This document shows, in pieces, positions 23,888 through 38,121 of a DNA stretch of 59,726 bases. A model generated the notes under the pieces. It was not told the DNA's origin. It made no database searches and saw only the letters and a program-made list of their open reading frames with translations. The position numbers were made by a program, and so were the translations under genes. This DNA is from Octopus sinensis (taxonomy: Eukaryota): the NCBI RefSeq assembly GCF_006345805.1, contig NW_021832567.1, forward strand, positions 1-59,726, in the 5' to 3' direction. How positions within the stretch are numbered: position 1 is the first letter of the stretch; each line of letters begins with the position of its first letter.

Positions 23888-25474
23888 ATGGAAATGAGTG
23901 AAAAAATTGTAGAATTGATTTCCTCTGAACACATGATAAAAGGGATGACTTCATATGATTGTGATGTCTGCACAAAGTCCTTCTTTCAAGAAAGTAACCT
24001 AATTATGCATAAATATATTCATAGGAGAGAGAAACGGTATCCTTGTGATATCTGTGGTAAATCATTCTATCGAAGTAGTCATGTTACCACGCACAAACGT
24101 ACTCATACAGGAGAGAAGCCATTTCACTGTGATGTCTGTGGTAAATCATTCTCTGAAAATACAGCTTTAATAAAACATATTCGTATTCATACAGGAGAGA
24201 AGCCATATCACTGTGATATTTGTGGTAAATCATTCTCTCAAAGCGTTCACTTAACTGGGCACAAACGTATTCATACAGGGGAGAAACCGTATCATTGTGA
24301 TATTTGTGGTAAATCATTCTCTCATAATAATGTCTTAACTAAACACAAACGTATTCATACAGGTGAGAAGCCATATCACTGTGAGGTCTGTGGTAAATCG
24401 TTTTCTGAAAGTAGTAAGTTAACTAAACACAAACGTATTCATACAGGTGAGAAACCATATCACTGTGATATCTGCGGTAAATCATTTTCTGTAAGTAGTA
24501 CATTAACTGGACACAAATCTGTTCATACAGGAGAGAAACCATATCATTGTGATATCTGTGATAGATCATTTTCTCAAAATACTAACTTAATAAGACACAA
24601 ACATCTTCATACAGGGGAGAGACCATACCAATGTGATATCTGTGGTAAATCTTTTTCTCATAATAGTTACTTAACTACACATGAACACATTCATACAGGA
24701 GAGAAACCATATCACTGTGATATTTGTGGTAAATCATTCTCTAAAACAAATTCATTAAATAGACACAAATCTGTACATACAGGAGAGAAACTGTATCACT
24801 GTGATATCTGTGGTAAATTATTCTCTCAGAATAGTAGCTTAATGAAACACAAATATATTCATACAGGAGAGAAACCATATCAGTGTGATATTTGTGGTAA
24901 ATCATTCACTCATAACAGTTACTTAACTATACATGAACGTATTCATTCAGGAGAAAAACCATATCAGTGTGATATCTGTAGTAAATCGTTCTCTGAAAGT
25001 GGTGCATTAAATAGACACAAATTTATTCATGCAGGAGAGAAACCATATCACTGTGATATCTGTGGTAAATCATTTTCTCGAAATAGTAACTTAACGAAAC
25101 ACAAATATATTCATACAGGAGAGAAAGCATGGCATTGTGATATCTGTGGTAAATCATTCTCTCATAATAGTATCTTGACTATACATAAACGTAGTCATAC
25201 AGGAGAGAAACCATATCACTGTGACATTTGTGGTAAATCATTCTCTGAAAATGGTACATTAACTAGACACAAATCTATTCATACAGCAGAGAAACCGTAT
25301 CACTGTGATATCTGTGGTAAATCATTCTCTCAAAATAATAGCTTAACGAAACACAAATATATTCATACAGGAGAGAAGCCATATCGTTGTGATATCTGTG
25401 GTAAATCATTCTCTCAAAGTAGTCACTTATCAAGACACAAACACACTCATACAGGACAAAGCATATCACTGTGA
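23888..25474 (+). CDS. Poly-C2H2 zinc-finger protein ZNF-2 (528 aa from the ATG, 18 fingers)
   Basis: ATG at 23888 (the track's 23873 start is a TTG); 18 fingers, then a 2-nt linker deletion gives TGQSISL*. Confidence 0.93.
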   Translation: MEMSEKIVELISSEHMIKGMTSYDCDVCTKSFFQESNLIMHKYIHRREKRYPCDICGKSFYRSSHVTTHKRTHTGEKPFHCDVCGKSFSENTALIKHIRIHTGEKPYHCDICGKSFSQSVHLTGHKRIHTGEKPYHCDICGKSFSHNNVLTKHKRIHTGEKPYHCEVCGKSFSESSKLTKHKRIHTGEKPYHCDICGKSFSVSSTLTGHKSVHTGEKPYHCDICDRSFSQNTNLIRHKHLHTGERPYQCDICGKSFSHNSYLTTHEHIHTGEKPYHCDICGKSFSKTNSLNRHKSVHTGEKLYHCDICGKLFSQNSSLMKHKYIHTGEKPYQCDICGKSFTHNSYLTIHERIHSGEKPYQCDICSKSFSESGALNRHKFIHAGEKPYHCDICGKSFSRNSNLTKHKYIHTGEKAWHCDICGKSFSHNSILTIHKRSHTGEKPYHCDICGKSFSENGTLTRHKSIHTAEKPYHCDICGKSFSQNNSLTKHKYIHTGEKPYRCDICGKSFSQSSHLSRHKHTHTGQSISL

Positions 25475-25631
25475 TATCTGTGGTAAATCCTTCTCTCAAA
25501 GTGGTACACTGACTAGACACATATCTGTCCATACGGCAGAGAAACTGTATCACTGTGATCTTTGTGGTGAATCATTCTCTCAATTTTATGATTTAAAAAA
25601 ACATAAACATATTCATTCAGGGGAGAAATGA
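25464..25631 (+). pseudogene. Two out-of-frame C-terminal fingers of ZNF-2
   Basis: [23 protein letters not shown] and [27 protein letters not shown] in the shifted frame. Confidence 0.8.
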
Positions 25632-25954
25632 AAAAGCGAGTTTCTTATTTGTTATTTATTTTTAATATTCCTCTGTTTTATGCAATGAAATTAAAGTATT
25701 TCCATAAATTTTAGATTGTCTTGGTTTTGTTTCTGTAATTTTCACCACCTTTCTTTCCATGATGTAAGGGTCTCTACATCAAAACTCTTCCTCCTACTGA
25801 CAACCCTACACATTATTCTTTATTGAATATCACATCTCTAAAATTTCTGCCTATTTATTATCTTTGAAATGCTTCTCTCATTAAATATGTTATACAGTAA
25901 CAACTGTTATGACTTTTTCATTCACAGGAATATTGTAAAGTTGTTAAATATACA

Positions 25955-26325
25955 CACGAGCACCATACAAGCGTGATCGTTGACAGAGCGGCTAACTGGC
26001 TTCCGTGCCAGTGGCACATAAAAGGCACTGTTCGAGTGTGATCGTTACCAGCAATGCCTTACTGGCACCTGTGCTTTTAGCATGTGCGAAAAAAAAATAT
26101 TCGAGCCAGGTCATTGCCAGTACCGCCTGACTGGCCCCCGTGCCTGTGGCATGTAAAAAGCACCCACTACACTCTCGAAGTGGTTGGCGTTACAAAGGGG
26201 ATCCAGCTGTAGAAACACTGCCAGATCAAGACTGGAGCCTGGTGCAGCCATCTGGTTCACCAGCCCTCAGTCAAACCGTCCAATCCATGCCAGCATGCAA
26301 AGCGGACGTTAAACGATGATGATGA
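25955..26325 (+). mobile_element. RTE LINE 3' UTR, diverged
   Basis: Conserved terminus ending GGACGTTAAAC(GAT)n. Confidence 0.8.
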
Positions 26326-26369
26326 TATATATAGCTTACTTGGAAAAAGATGTGTGGCGTTTGATCATA

Positions 26370-26700
26370 TAATAATATAAACAATATATAAATATATGCA
26401 TATATACGTACATATATGTGCACTACTACATATATATGTATATATGCATGCATATTTGGGTACAGGACATAAAAAAAAAACGTAAAAATATGAGACACGA
26501 AAACAAAGACATAGAAAACAAACTTTATCTGGAACAATGAAAGAAAGAAAGAACAAACAGAGAAGCAAGACATACAACATAAAGAAGATTCCCTTCATAA
26601 GTTGTCCCCTGTTTTATTTACTCTGCGTTCTGAAGGTAAGGATAAGACACGACTTTGTTAAAACAGTCCTTCTTGCAAAGCAAATTAAATAAAATTTGGG
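26370..26700 (-). repeat. Diverged repeat, possibly Penelope-derived, with an inverted homolog at 29835-30135
   Basis: Reverse complement aligns by eye with 29835-30135 (TTTGCTTT..CAAGAAGG..TTATCCTT..GAACG.AGAGTA..GAAGGG); the homolog carries a CTGAAGAAGG half-hammerhead-like string. Confidence 0.5.
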
Positions 26701-26734
26701 ACTTTTTGCAGGGAGTGAAAGTGAAAGATGTAAA

Positions 26735-26880
26735 CTGTTTGAATTTTATGACACTGCATCCTTTAAGGCCCTCATGCTTTCCGAAATCCGCCGAAACTAC
26801 ACCTGATTATATATACACTTTAGATGAGTTGTAGTGCACCTGAGCACTGTACACAATTATTATTATTATTATTATTTTAA
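26735..26880 (+). mobile_element. CR1 LINE 3' tail fragment
   Basis: ACACCTGATT..GTTGTAGTGCACCTGAGCACTGTA..(ATT)n, matching the tail at 52800-52990. Confidence 0.7.
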
Positions 26881-27075
26881 AACAGGACCGTGAGAAAAAC
26901 AGTGAGGGCTGTTAAGCCAAAACGATGTGAAATGGGGAATGCTGGGAAAACGAGCTTTGAGAAGAGACAGATACACACACACACACACACACACACACAA
27001 CAAAAAGAATGCAGTTCTGATAACGGACAGGATCAACGACTTTTGAAAATGTTTTTTCAAAAATAACTAATTTTA

Positions 27076-27483
27076 GGAGTGGCTGTGTGGTAAGTAGCTT
27101 GCTTACCAACCACATGGTTCCGGATTCAGTCCCACTGCGTGGCACCTTGGGTAAGTGTCTTCTACTATAGGCTCGGGCCAACCAAAGCCTTGTGAGTGGA
27201 TTTCGTAAACAGAAACTGAAAGAAGCCCATTGTGTGTGTATATATATATATATATTTCTTTACTACCCACAAGGGGCTAAACACAGAGGGGACAAACAAG
27301 GATAGACAAACGGATTAAGTCGATTACATCGACCCCAGTGCGTAACTGGTACTTAATTTATCGACCCCGAAAGGATGAAAGGCAAAGTCGACCTCGGCGG
27401 AATTTGAACTCAGAACGTAACAGCAGACGAAATACGGCTACGCATTTCGCCCGGCATGCTAACTTTTCTGCCAGCTCGCTGCT
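27076..27483. mobile_element. CORE-like SINE head (+) with a family-2 SINE (-) inserted in its (TA)n tract
   Basis: GGAGTGGCTGTGTGG head at 27076-27250, followed by a complete reverse family-2 SINE at ~27255-27483. Confidence 0.8.
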
Positions 27484-27618
27484 GTGTATATGTATGTATA
27501 TATATATATATATATTATCTTCCGCCTTTCACCATGTGTACTTCGTAAACACCAGTCGTTTTTTTCTCCATCTCCTGTTGCCCGCTTTGGGATCTTTCTT
27601 TCCTCTCTCCTTCTTTAT

Positions 27619-27653
27619 GTTTCCGACGAAGAGCTCCGTTCGAAACGTCATAC
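27619..27653 (+). ncRNA. Degenerate minimal hammerhead motif in a Penelope-like fragment (~27510-27745)
   Basis: GUUU-CCGACGA-A-GAGC-UCC-GUUC-GAAA-CG-UC-AUAC: core U4 changed to C, ACGU palindromic stem III, one stem I mismatch. Confidence 0.45.
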
Positions 27654-27744
27654 CTTCCTGCTTCCATATTTCCTGAGCGCCTATTAATAATAATACTGTA
27701 ATTGTTCCACTGTTGTTCTTTTTTGTTTTCCCGTTTGGATTAAA

Positions 27745-30247
<2,503 letters not shown>

Positions 30248-30248
30248 G

Positions 30249-30368
30249 GCTTACGACCATATCATGTTGAAAGCACCGGTTCTGGTCCGACCACCGAAGT
30301 TAAGCAACATCGAGCCTAGTTAGTACTTAGATGGGTGACCGCTTGGGAAAGCTAGGTGCTGTAAGCAT
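30249..30368 (+). rRNA. Full-length 5S rRNA copy (probably a retro-copy or SINE head rather than an active gene)
   Basis: GCTTACGACCATATCATGTTGAAAGCACCGGTTCT..GAAGTTAAGCAACATCGAGCCTAGTTAGTACTTAGATGGGTGACCGCTTGGGAAAGCTAGGTGCTGTAAGCA; helices GCUUAC/GUAAGC, AUGUUG/CAACAU and CCUAG/CUAGG pair; solitary, with TTTT at 30373-30376. Confidence 0.8.
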
Positions 30369-30430
30369 TCCCTTTTAACGGCGGTGCATCAGCATGGCCG
30401 TAGCTCTGAGCTGAAACTTTAAATAAAATA
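30249..30430 (+). mobile_element. Candidate 5S-derived SINE (5S head + SINE-type 3' tail)
   Basis: The 5S copy is followed by GGCGGTGCATCAGCATGGCCGTAG..CTGAAAC..AAATAAAATA, homologous to the tail of the CORE-like SINE; inserted in a (TA)n tract. Confidence 0.6.
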
Positions 30431-30439
30431 TATATATAT

Positions 30440-30650
30440 AATGTTTGAGTGTGTGTCCCCCAACATCGCTTGACAACCCGATGCTGGCGTGTTTACGTCC
30501 CCGTAACTTAGCGGTTCGGCAAAATTCACCGTTAGGATAAGTACAGCGATTACAAAGATAAAGTCCTTACGTCGATTTGCTCGACTGAAGGCGGTGCTCC
30601 AGCATGGCTGCAGTGAAAATGACTGAAACCAGTAAGAGAATAAAGTAAAT
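30440..30650 (+). mobile_element. Old CORE-like SINE 3' half
   Basis: Diverged match to 18730-18930. Confidence 0.75.
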
Positions 30651-30709
30651 GAATGGAAATCGTAGAGATGCGTGTGTTGCGTAATAAATCACTGAAAGAG
30701 AATGACTCT

Positions 30710-30932
30710 CCGCAGATGCAATAAAAGAGTCAAGAGGAGTTAGCTACCTTTATATGTTTCAGGAGAGGAGATACGCATGCGCATTGAAAGTACTTGCTAC
30801 ATTTTGATATCCAGGTGCGTGGATTTCTCTTAATTAGTTGATAAGACATTTATAATAGTTCTAATGAATTCCTCAACTGCCAGACACACACATACATAAC
30901 AACACTGTCCTCTATGAAACATTTCCGTAAGT
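30710..30932 (+). promoter_or_regulatory. ZNF-3 promoter/non-coding exon 1
   Basis: CGCATGCGCA at 30774-30783; donor at 30927; acceptor at 32890. Confidence 0.7.
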
Positions 30933-31039
30933 ATTAAACAACGAAGATCTTCCATGCTTTTAATTCTGTAGACTTTCGGTTTTTTGGCGCATCGATTCTT
31001 TGTTTCTCTTCTGTGTTTTATGAACGAATGATGTCCTTG

Positions 31040-31940
31040 ATTTTTGCGGTATTTGGCTGCTATTTCTAGCTATCGATGAAAGATGTCTATAATTTGTGCA
31101 AGATTTTGCTACTATTTCCAGCTATCGACGAGAGATGTCTGATTTGTGCGAGATTTGGCTGCTATTTCTAGCTATGGATGAGAGTTGTCTATGATTTTTG
31201 CGGGATTTGGCTGCTATTTCTAGCTATCGATGAAAGATGTCTATAATTTGTGCAAGATTTTGCTACTATTTCCAGCTATCGACGAGAGATGTCTGATTTG
31301 TGCGAGATTTGGCTGCTATTTCTAGCTATGGATGAGAGTTGTCTATGATTTTTGCGGGATTTGGCTGCTATTTCTAGCAATCGATGAAAGATGTCTATAA
31401 TTTGTGCAAGATTTAGCTACTATTTCCAGCTATCGACGAGAGATGTCTGATTTGTGCGAGATTTGGCTGCTATTTCTAGCTATGGATGAGAGTTGTCTAT
31501 GATTTTTGCGGGATTTGGCTGCTATTTCTAGCAATCGATGAAAGATGTCTATAATTGTGCAAGATTTTGCTACTATTCCAGCTATCGACGAGAGATGTCT
31601 GATTTGTGCGAGATTTGGCTGCTATTCTAGCTATGGATGAGAGTTGTCTATGATTTTTGCGGGATTTGGCTGCTATTTCTAGCAATCGATGAAAGATGTC
31701 TATAATTTGTGCAAGATTTAGCTACTATTTCCAGCTATCGACGAGAGATGTCTGATTTGTGCGAGATTTGGCTGCTATTTCTAGCTATGGATGAGAGTTG
31801 TCTATGATTTTTGCGGGATTTGGCTGCTATTTCTAGCAATCGATGAAAGATGTCTATAATTTGTGCAAGATTTAGCTACTATTTCCAGCTATCGACGGGA
31901 GATGTCTGATTTGTGCGAGATTTGGCTGCTATTTCTAGCT
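31040..31940 (+). repeat. Intronic minisatellite: ~51 bp monomer in a 154 bp three-part higher-order repeat, ~5.7 copies
   Basis: Units start at 31071, 31225, 31379, 31533, 31684 and 31838; shared core GATTTGGCTGCTATTTCTAGC. Confidence 0.92.
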
Positions 31941-33073
31941 ACAGAAGGTACTTTGCCAGGTTAGCTTTTCTTTCTTTAAGTTCTAGAAATATTCTCAAAT
32001 ACACTCCAACCACTAAAATGAGCAGAAATCAAGATATGATTTGATCCTTTCACCTGCACGATTTTCACAAAGAAAATGAAAAAAACTCGGATTTTTTGCG
32101 TGGAATCAAGTACCCTTACCTCCTAAACATGCTGCAAACTCCTTATTTTTGTTCGGAAAAGTGTGTGTGTGTGGGGGGGGGGGACAGCCCTCCCAATATC
32201 CTGGAATCATTGGAAATTTCTTTGGTCAAACTGAAGTGTTTGACCTAAGCAAAAAAAAAAAAAAAGTAGTAAACGAATATGAACGGGAGGTGGGGAGAGG
32301 ACTCGGAAAATTCACACGATCAATCTCACAGAATCCGAAATCTCAACGTTGAGCCCCGGTCACAAAAATTGAAAAAGAAATGGTGTAATAGGTGTAAAAC
32401 AACATGTAGTAAACGAATATGAAAAAAAAAAAAAAAGTGCGAGCCCTGGTAAACGTGAGGCGGGTGAGAGGACTCGGAAAATTCCCATCAAGAATGTTCC
32501 AAGTCATCTCACCACTTCCTCGTTCGCCGGCGAAATATTTTTCTTCATGTTCGTTTGCTATGCATGTTGATGTACACCTATTGCACTCTTTTACTTGTTT
32601 CAGTCATTTAACTGTGGCCATGCTGGAGCACTGCCTTTAGTCAAGCAAATCGACCCCAGGACTTATTCTTTGTAAGCTCAGTACTTATTCTGAAAGGTTC
32701 AGCCTCCAAAGTTCGTTTATCAGCCCTTCCCCCCATGGGTGTCCCATTTCCACGTGTTCCCTCTACTTTGAGGGATCAGCACTTCCTTAGGGAGCTGTTG
32801 GCATCCAGCTTAATTGATCTCATTAGAAATGAATTTGTATTTTTTAAGTAACCACAATACCTTACACTGTTGTTTCTCTATAATTTCAGAACATCAGACA
32901 ACATTGACATAACAGAAGAAACATCCTCAACATCTACCACGTTTCAAAGACTAAAAGAAGAATATTGTACAAAACAGATGTATCAGATTGTGTTTTAAAA
33001 ATCTGTTGAAGAATTCTTGTGAAACAATTCCTCAGAAGAAAAATATATAAACTGATATTTGAGAGGAAAAATA

Positions 33074-33859
33074 ATGGAAAAGAGTGAGAAAAGTGTAGAA
33101 TTGATTTCCCCTGAACCCATGACAAAAGAGATGAGTTCATACGATTGTGATATCTGTACAAAGTCCTTCCTTCAAAAAAGTGACCTAACTATGCACAAAC
33201 GTACTCATACAGGAGAGAAACCCTATCCTTGTGACATTTGTGGTAAATCATTCTCTTGCAGTAGTAAGTTATCTACACACATACGTTCCCATACAGGAGA
33301 GAAGCCGTATCATTGTGATATCTGTGGTAAATCATTTTCTCGAAGGAGTAATGTTACTGTGCACAAACGTATTCATACAGGAGAGAAACCATATCCCTGT
33401 GATATCTGTGGTAAATCATTCCCTCAAAGTAATCATTTAACTGAACACAAACGTATTCATACAGGAGAGAAACCTTATCATTGTGACATCTGTGGTAAAT
33501 CATTCTCTCAAAGTATTCACTTATCTACACACATACGTATTCACACAGGAGAGAAACCATATAATTGTGATATCTGTGGTAAACAATTCTCTGACAATAC
33601 TGCCTTAACAAAACACATACGTATTCATACAGGAGAGAAGCCATATCACTGTGATACTTGTGGTAAACGATTTTCTAGTAATAGATCCTTAACATCACAT
33701 AATCATACTCACACAGGAAAGAAGCCATATCATTGTGATATCTGTGGTAAACCATGCTCTAATAAGGGCTACTTAACTGTACACAAACGTATTCATACAG
33801 AGAGATGCGATATCATTGTGATATTTGTGGTAAACCATGTTCTAATAAAAGTGTCTTAA
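33074..33859 (+). CDS. Poly-C2H2 ZNF-3, upstream ORF (8 fingers then a frameshifted tail)
   Basis: ATG at 33074; 1-nt deletion in the linker at ~33800 (ACAGAGAGATGCGATAT versus ACAGGAGAGAAGCCATAT). Confidence 0.85.
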   Translation: MEKSEKSVELISPEPMTKEMSSYDCDICTKSFLQKSDLTMHKRTHTGEKPYPCDICGKSFSCSSKLSTHIRSHTGEKPYHCDICGKSFSRRSNVTVHKRIHTGEKPYPCDICGKSFPQSNHLTEHKRIHTGEKPYHCDICGKSFSQSIHLSTHIRIHTGEKPYNCDICGKQFSDNTALTKHIRIHTGEKPYHCDTCGKRFSSNRSLTSHNHTHTGKKPYHCDICGKPCSNKGYLTVHKRIHTERCDIIVIFVVNHVLIKVS

Positions 33860-34911
33860 CATCACACAGGCGTATTCATACGGGAGAGAAACCATATCAT
33901 TGTGATATTTGTGGTAAATCATTCTCTCAAAGTAATACATTGAAGGGACACAAATCCATTCATACAGGAGAGAAGCCATATCACTGTGACATCTGTGGTA
34001 AATCATTTTCTCAAGGTAGTCACTTAACTATACATAAACGTATTCATACTGGCGAGAAACCATATCATTGTGATATCTGTGGTAACCCATGTCCTAATAA
34101 AAGTGTCTTAACATCACACAGAATTATTCATGTGGGAGAGAAGCCATATCACTGTGATATCTGTGGTGAATCATTCTCACATATTAATATCTTAACTACA
34201 CATAAACGTATTCATACAGGAGAGAAAACATATCATTGTGATATTTGTACAAAATCATTCTCTGAAAATTCTGCCTTAACAAAACACAAACTTATTCATA
34301 CAGGAGAGACACCATATCATTGTGATATTTGTGGTAAACCATGCTCTAATAATAGTGCCTTAATGTCACACAAACGTATTCATTCAGGAGAGAGACCATA
34401 TCATTGTGATATCTGTGGTAAATCATTCTCTCAAAGTAATACTTTAAAGGGACACAAACGTATTCATACAGGAGAGAAGCCATATCAGTGTGATATCTGT
34501 GGTACATCATTCTCTCAAGGCAATCACTTAACTGTACATAGACGTATTCATACAGGAGAAACGCCATATCAATGTGATATTTGTGGTAAACCATGCTCTA
34601 ATAATAGTGCTTTAACATCACACAGACGTGTTCATACAGGAGAGAAACAGTATCATTGTAATGTCTGTGGTAAATCATTCTTTGAAAATACTGCCTTAAC
34701 AAAACATAGTCGCACTCATACAGGAGAGAAGCCATATCACTGTGATATCTGTGGTGAATCATTCTCTCATAATAATATCTTAACTGCCCATAAACGTATT
34801 CATACAGGAGAGAAGCCATATCACTGTGATATTTGTGGTAAACACTTTTCTCACAATAGTAACTTTACAAAACATAAATATATTCATACTAGGGAGAAAG
34901 GAAAAGAGTAA
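33805..34911 (+). CDS. Poly-C2H2 ZNF-3, downstream ORF (13 fingers, 368 aa)
   Basis: Open frame starting at an ATG in the mutated linker and ending HTREKGKE*; 21 fingers in total if the frameshift is corrected. Confidence 0.75.
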   Translation: MRYHCDICGKPCSNKSVLTSHRRIHTGEKPYHCDICGKSFSQSNTLKGHKSIHTGEKPYHCDICGKSFSQGSHLTIHKRIHTGEKPYHCDICGNPCPNKSVLTSHRIIHVGEKPYHCDICGESFSHINILTTHKRIHTGEKTYHCDICTKSFSENSALTKHKLIHTGETPYHCDICGKPCSNNSALMSHKRIHSGERPYHCDICGKSFSQSNTLKGHKRIHTGEKPYQCDICGTSFSQGNHLTVHRRIHTGETPYQCDICGKPCSNNSALTSHRRVHTGEKQYHCNVCGKSFFENTALTKHSRTHTGEKPYHCDICGESFSHNNILTAHKRIHTGEKPYHCDICGKHFSHNSNFTKHKYIHTREKGKE

Positions 34912-35080
34912 TTACTGCAGTTTCTTATTTGCCATATATGTTTAATATTCCTCTCTGTTATACAATGGAAATTATGACTGAAGTATTTCCAAAATTATTA
35001 GATGTTTTCCTTTTTGCAGTTTTCTCTTTCTGTTGCTTCCTTGAACTCAAACATTTATCTCTATTTAACCAACTCACATC

Positions 35081-35128
35081 GTCTCTGATGAAGGGATATC
35101 CATAATATCCCAGAAACGGCTGTAAAAC
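35081..35128 (+). ncRNA. Type I hammerhead motif 170 nt downstream of the ZNF-3 stop (stem I mismatch)
   Basis: GUCU-CUGAUGA-A-GGGAUAU-CCAUA-AUAUCCC-A-GAAA-C-GGCU-G-UA-AAAC; differs from 41540-41587 by G>A in stem I. Confidence 0.7.
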
Positions 35129-35199
35129 TATATCTATATCTCCTTATAAATGTCCTGAAAACTCCTCACAACCTTGACTTTGTTATCTCTTTTTGTCTA

Positions 35200-35273
<74 letters not shown>

Positions 35274-35282
35274 CATATATAC

Positions 35283-37246
35283 TAGAGGTTGGGGTCCACC
35301 AGGGTTCAGTACTCAGCCCCCTCCTATTTATCATATTCCTACAGGCAATTACGGAGGAATTCAAGACAGGTTGTCCTTGGGAGCTCCTCTATGCTGACGA
35401 CCTTGCTCTTATTGCTGAGTCACTATCAGAGCTGGAGGAGAAGTTCCAGGTGTGGAAGGAGGTTTAGAATCGAGGGGCCTTAGAGTCAACCTAGCTAAAA
35501 CCAAAGTACTAATAAGTAGGAAGGTAGACAATCCACAAATGTCTTCAGGAAGATGGCCCTGCTCGATCTGTAGAAAAGGTGTACGTAAAAACTCTATAAG
35601 ATGTACCCAGTGTAAGCTATGGACACATAAGAGGTGCAGCAATGTCAAATATAGGCTAACTGGGAAGATAGTTTTTGTATGTGGCAGATGCTCAGGAGCA
35701 TTACCTCCGAAAATCTGCAGAAAAAACTTCAGTCACTTTCCAAGGGGAAAAACTAGAAGTAGTTGATGGCTTCCGTTATCTAGGTGACCAAGTCAGTAGT
35801 GGAGGTGGGTGCGCTGAAAGTGTAACTGCTAGAATAAGAATAGCCTGGGCAAAGTTTAGGGAGCTCTTACCTCTGCTGGTGACTAAAGGCCTCTCGCTCA
35901 GAGTAAAAGGCAGACTGTATGATGCGTGTGTACGAACAGCCATGCTACATGGCAGTGAAACATGGGCCGTGACTGCCGAGGACATGTGTAAGCTCGTGAG
36001 GAATGAAGCCAGTATGCTCCGATGGATGTGTAATGTCAGTGTACATACTCGACAGAGCGTTAGCACCTTGAGAGAAATGTTGTACCTAAGAGGCATCAGT
36101 TGTGGTGTGCAAGAGAGACGATTGCGCTGGTATGGTCATGTGGCGAGAATGGATGAAGATAGGTGTGTGAGAAAGTGCCAATCCTTAGCAGTTGAGGGAA
36201 CCCGTGGAAGAGGTAGACCCAGGAAAACCTGGGACGAGGTGGTGAAGCACGACCTTCGAACTTTAGGCCTCACTGAGGAAATGACCAGCGACCGAGACCT
36301 TTGGAAATATTCTGTACGTGAGAAGACCAGGCAGGACAAGTGAGCCCAGCCCACTTATGAATGCCTTTCCTCCCTTGGACACAAAGACCTGTTGAGGCAA
36401 GCGAAGTCGATATAGAACCTCATCCGACGACAGGCACCCATGCCAACCCCCCTTTGCTTGCGAAGACATGTTGGGGCAAGCGAAATCGAAATCGAAGTCA
36501 AAATCGAATTGAACCAGCCAGGATCCCTGGTCTGGTGGTACGTAAAAAGCACTATCCGACTCGTGGCCGATGCCAGTGCCGCCTCCGCTGGCTTCCGTGC
36601 CGGTGGCACGTAAAATACACCAATCTGACCGTACAACAGGCACCCATGCCAACCCCCTTGCTTGCGAAGACATGTTGGGGCAAGCGAAATCGAAATCGAA
36701 TTGAACCAGCCAGGATCCCTGGTCTGGTGGTACGTAAAAAGCACTATCCGACTCGTGGCCGATGCCAGTGCCGCCTCCGCTGGCTTCCGTGCCGTGGCAC
36801 GTAAAATACACCAATCTGACCGTACAACAGGCACCCATGCCAACCCCCTTGCTTGCGAAGACATGTTGGGGCAAGCGAAATCGAAATCGAATTGAACCAG
36901 CCAGGATCCCTGGTCTGGTGGTACGTAAAAAGCACCATCCGACTCGTGGCCGATGCCAGCACCGCCTCGTCTGGCTTCCGTGCCGGTGGCACATAAAATA
37001 CACCAATCCGACCGTGGCCGTTGCCAGCCTCGCCTGGCACCTGTGCAGGTGGCACGTAAAAAGCACCCACTACACTCACGGAGTGGTTGGCGTTAGAAAG
37101 GGCATCCAGCTGTAGAAACACTGCCAGATAAGACTGGAGCCTGGTGCAGCCTTCTGGCTTCCCAGATCCCCGGTCGAACCGTCCAACCCATGCTAGCATG
37201 GAGAACGGACGTTAAACGACGACGATGATGATGATGATGATGATGA

Positions 37247-37250
<4 letters not shown>
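35283..37250 (+). mobile_element. 5'-truncated RTE LINE: RT (frameshifted), PHD-like insert, thumb, 3' UTR repeats, (GAT)n tail
   Basis: VGVHQGSVLSPLLF, YADD (35390-35401), FRYLG, RLRWYGHVARM, GRGRPRKTW; flanked by (TA)n on both sides. Confidence 0.95.
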
Positions 37251-37324
<74 letters not shown>

Positions 37325-37346
37325 TATAATATATATATATATATAT

Positions 37347-37377
<31 letters not shown>

Positions 37378-37879
37378 GTAGTATGTAATCATATCAAAGG
37401 GAAATGGAATTTAATTAAAATAAAAAACATTTAACTAAAAATTTACATTTCCAGTGGTCTAACATGTAAAAAAGTTTAGTCAAAGAGACTATATATTAGT
37501 CATACGATACAGTGTATATTTAAACACATAAGGAATCCACGAAAATCTAATTCGGATTCAGCGTCAAATATCCCATCAATATGAAACATTGAAATATTCT
37601 TTTCAAGATAATTGTAAACAGTAATTAAAACCACAAAGATCCAGTTATCCTTCTCGTATCTCCTTTTCCTCCATGTGATTCCAGTGCGTAACTTGTACTT
37701 ATTTAATCGATCCCGAAAGGATGAAAGGCAAAGACGAACTCGGCGGAATTTGAACTCAGAACGTAGCGGCAGACGAAATTACCGCTCAGCTTTTCGCCCA
37801 GCGTGCTAAGATTTCTAATAATTCGCTGCCCTTACTCAGATATAGATATTAACATAAACTCACGTAAATATAATCAGGT

Positions 37880-38121
37880 GCAATAAACGAAAATATAAAG
37901 GGATGTAAGGAGAGTTATGTGTATCAATTATTACTGCCAGGAGACACGCATGCGCATTGGACGTACTTCCTAATTCATGTTCGTTTTCGTTTTCGATGTC
38001 CAGGTGCGTGAATTCCTCGAAATCTTCTTCTAATACTTTTATAATTCTTATATCGCATTTCTCAACTGCCAGACACACACATATATAACAACACTATCCT
38101 TTATGAAGCATTTCCGTAAGT
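37880..38121 (+). promoter_or_regulatory. ZNF-4 promoter/non-coding exon 1
   Basis: TATAAAGGG, CGCATGCGCA at 37947-37956, donor at 38116; acceptor at 39467 with TACTAAC at 39423-39429. Confidence 0.7.

Noticed and set aside
26590-26610. Additional hammerheads at the (C)TTATGAAGGG and CTGAAGAAGG (29932) strings
   Set aside because: Only the 5' half-core is present; no downstream GAAA, stem III or UH.
30249-30368. Functional chromosomal 5S rRNA gene
   Set aside because: Solitary, C-box G>A change, helix I mismatch and an attached SINE-like tail favour a retro-copy; not fully excluded, because the TTTT terminator is present.
31040-31940. CRISPR-like array (also considered for 44010-44715)
   Set aside because: No unique spacers, no cas genes, eukaryotic context; simple tandem repeats.
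37860-38078. Acidic antisense ORF repeated at 46086-46358
   Set aside because: Antisense to the promoter/exon-1 module; shared only through recent duplication and not open in the other paralogs.
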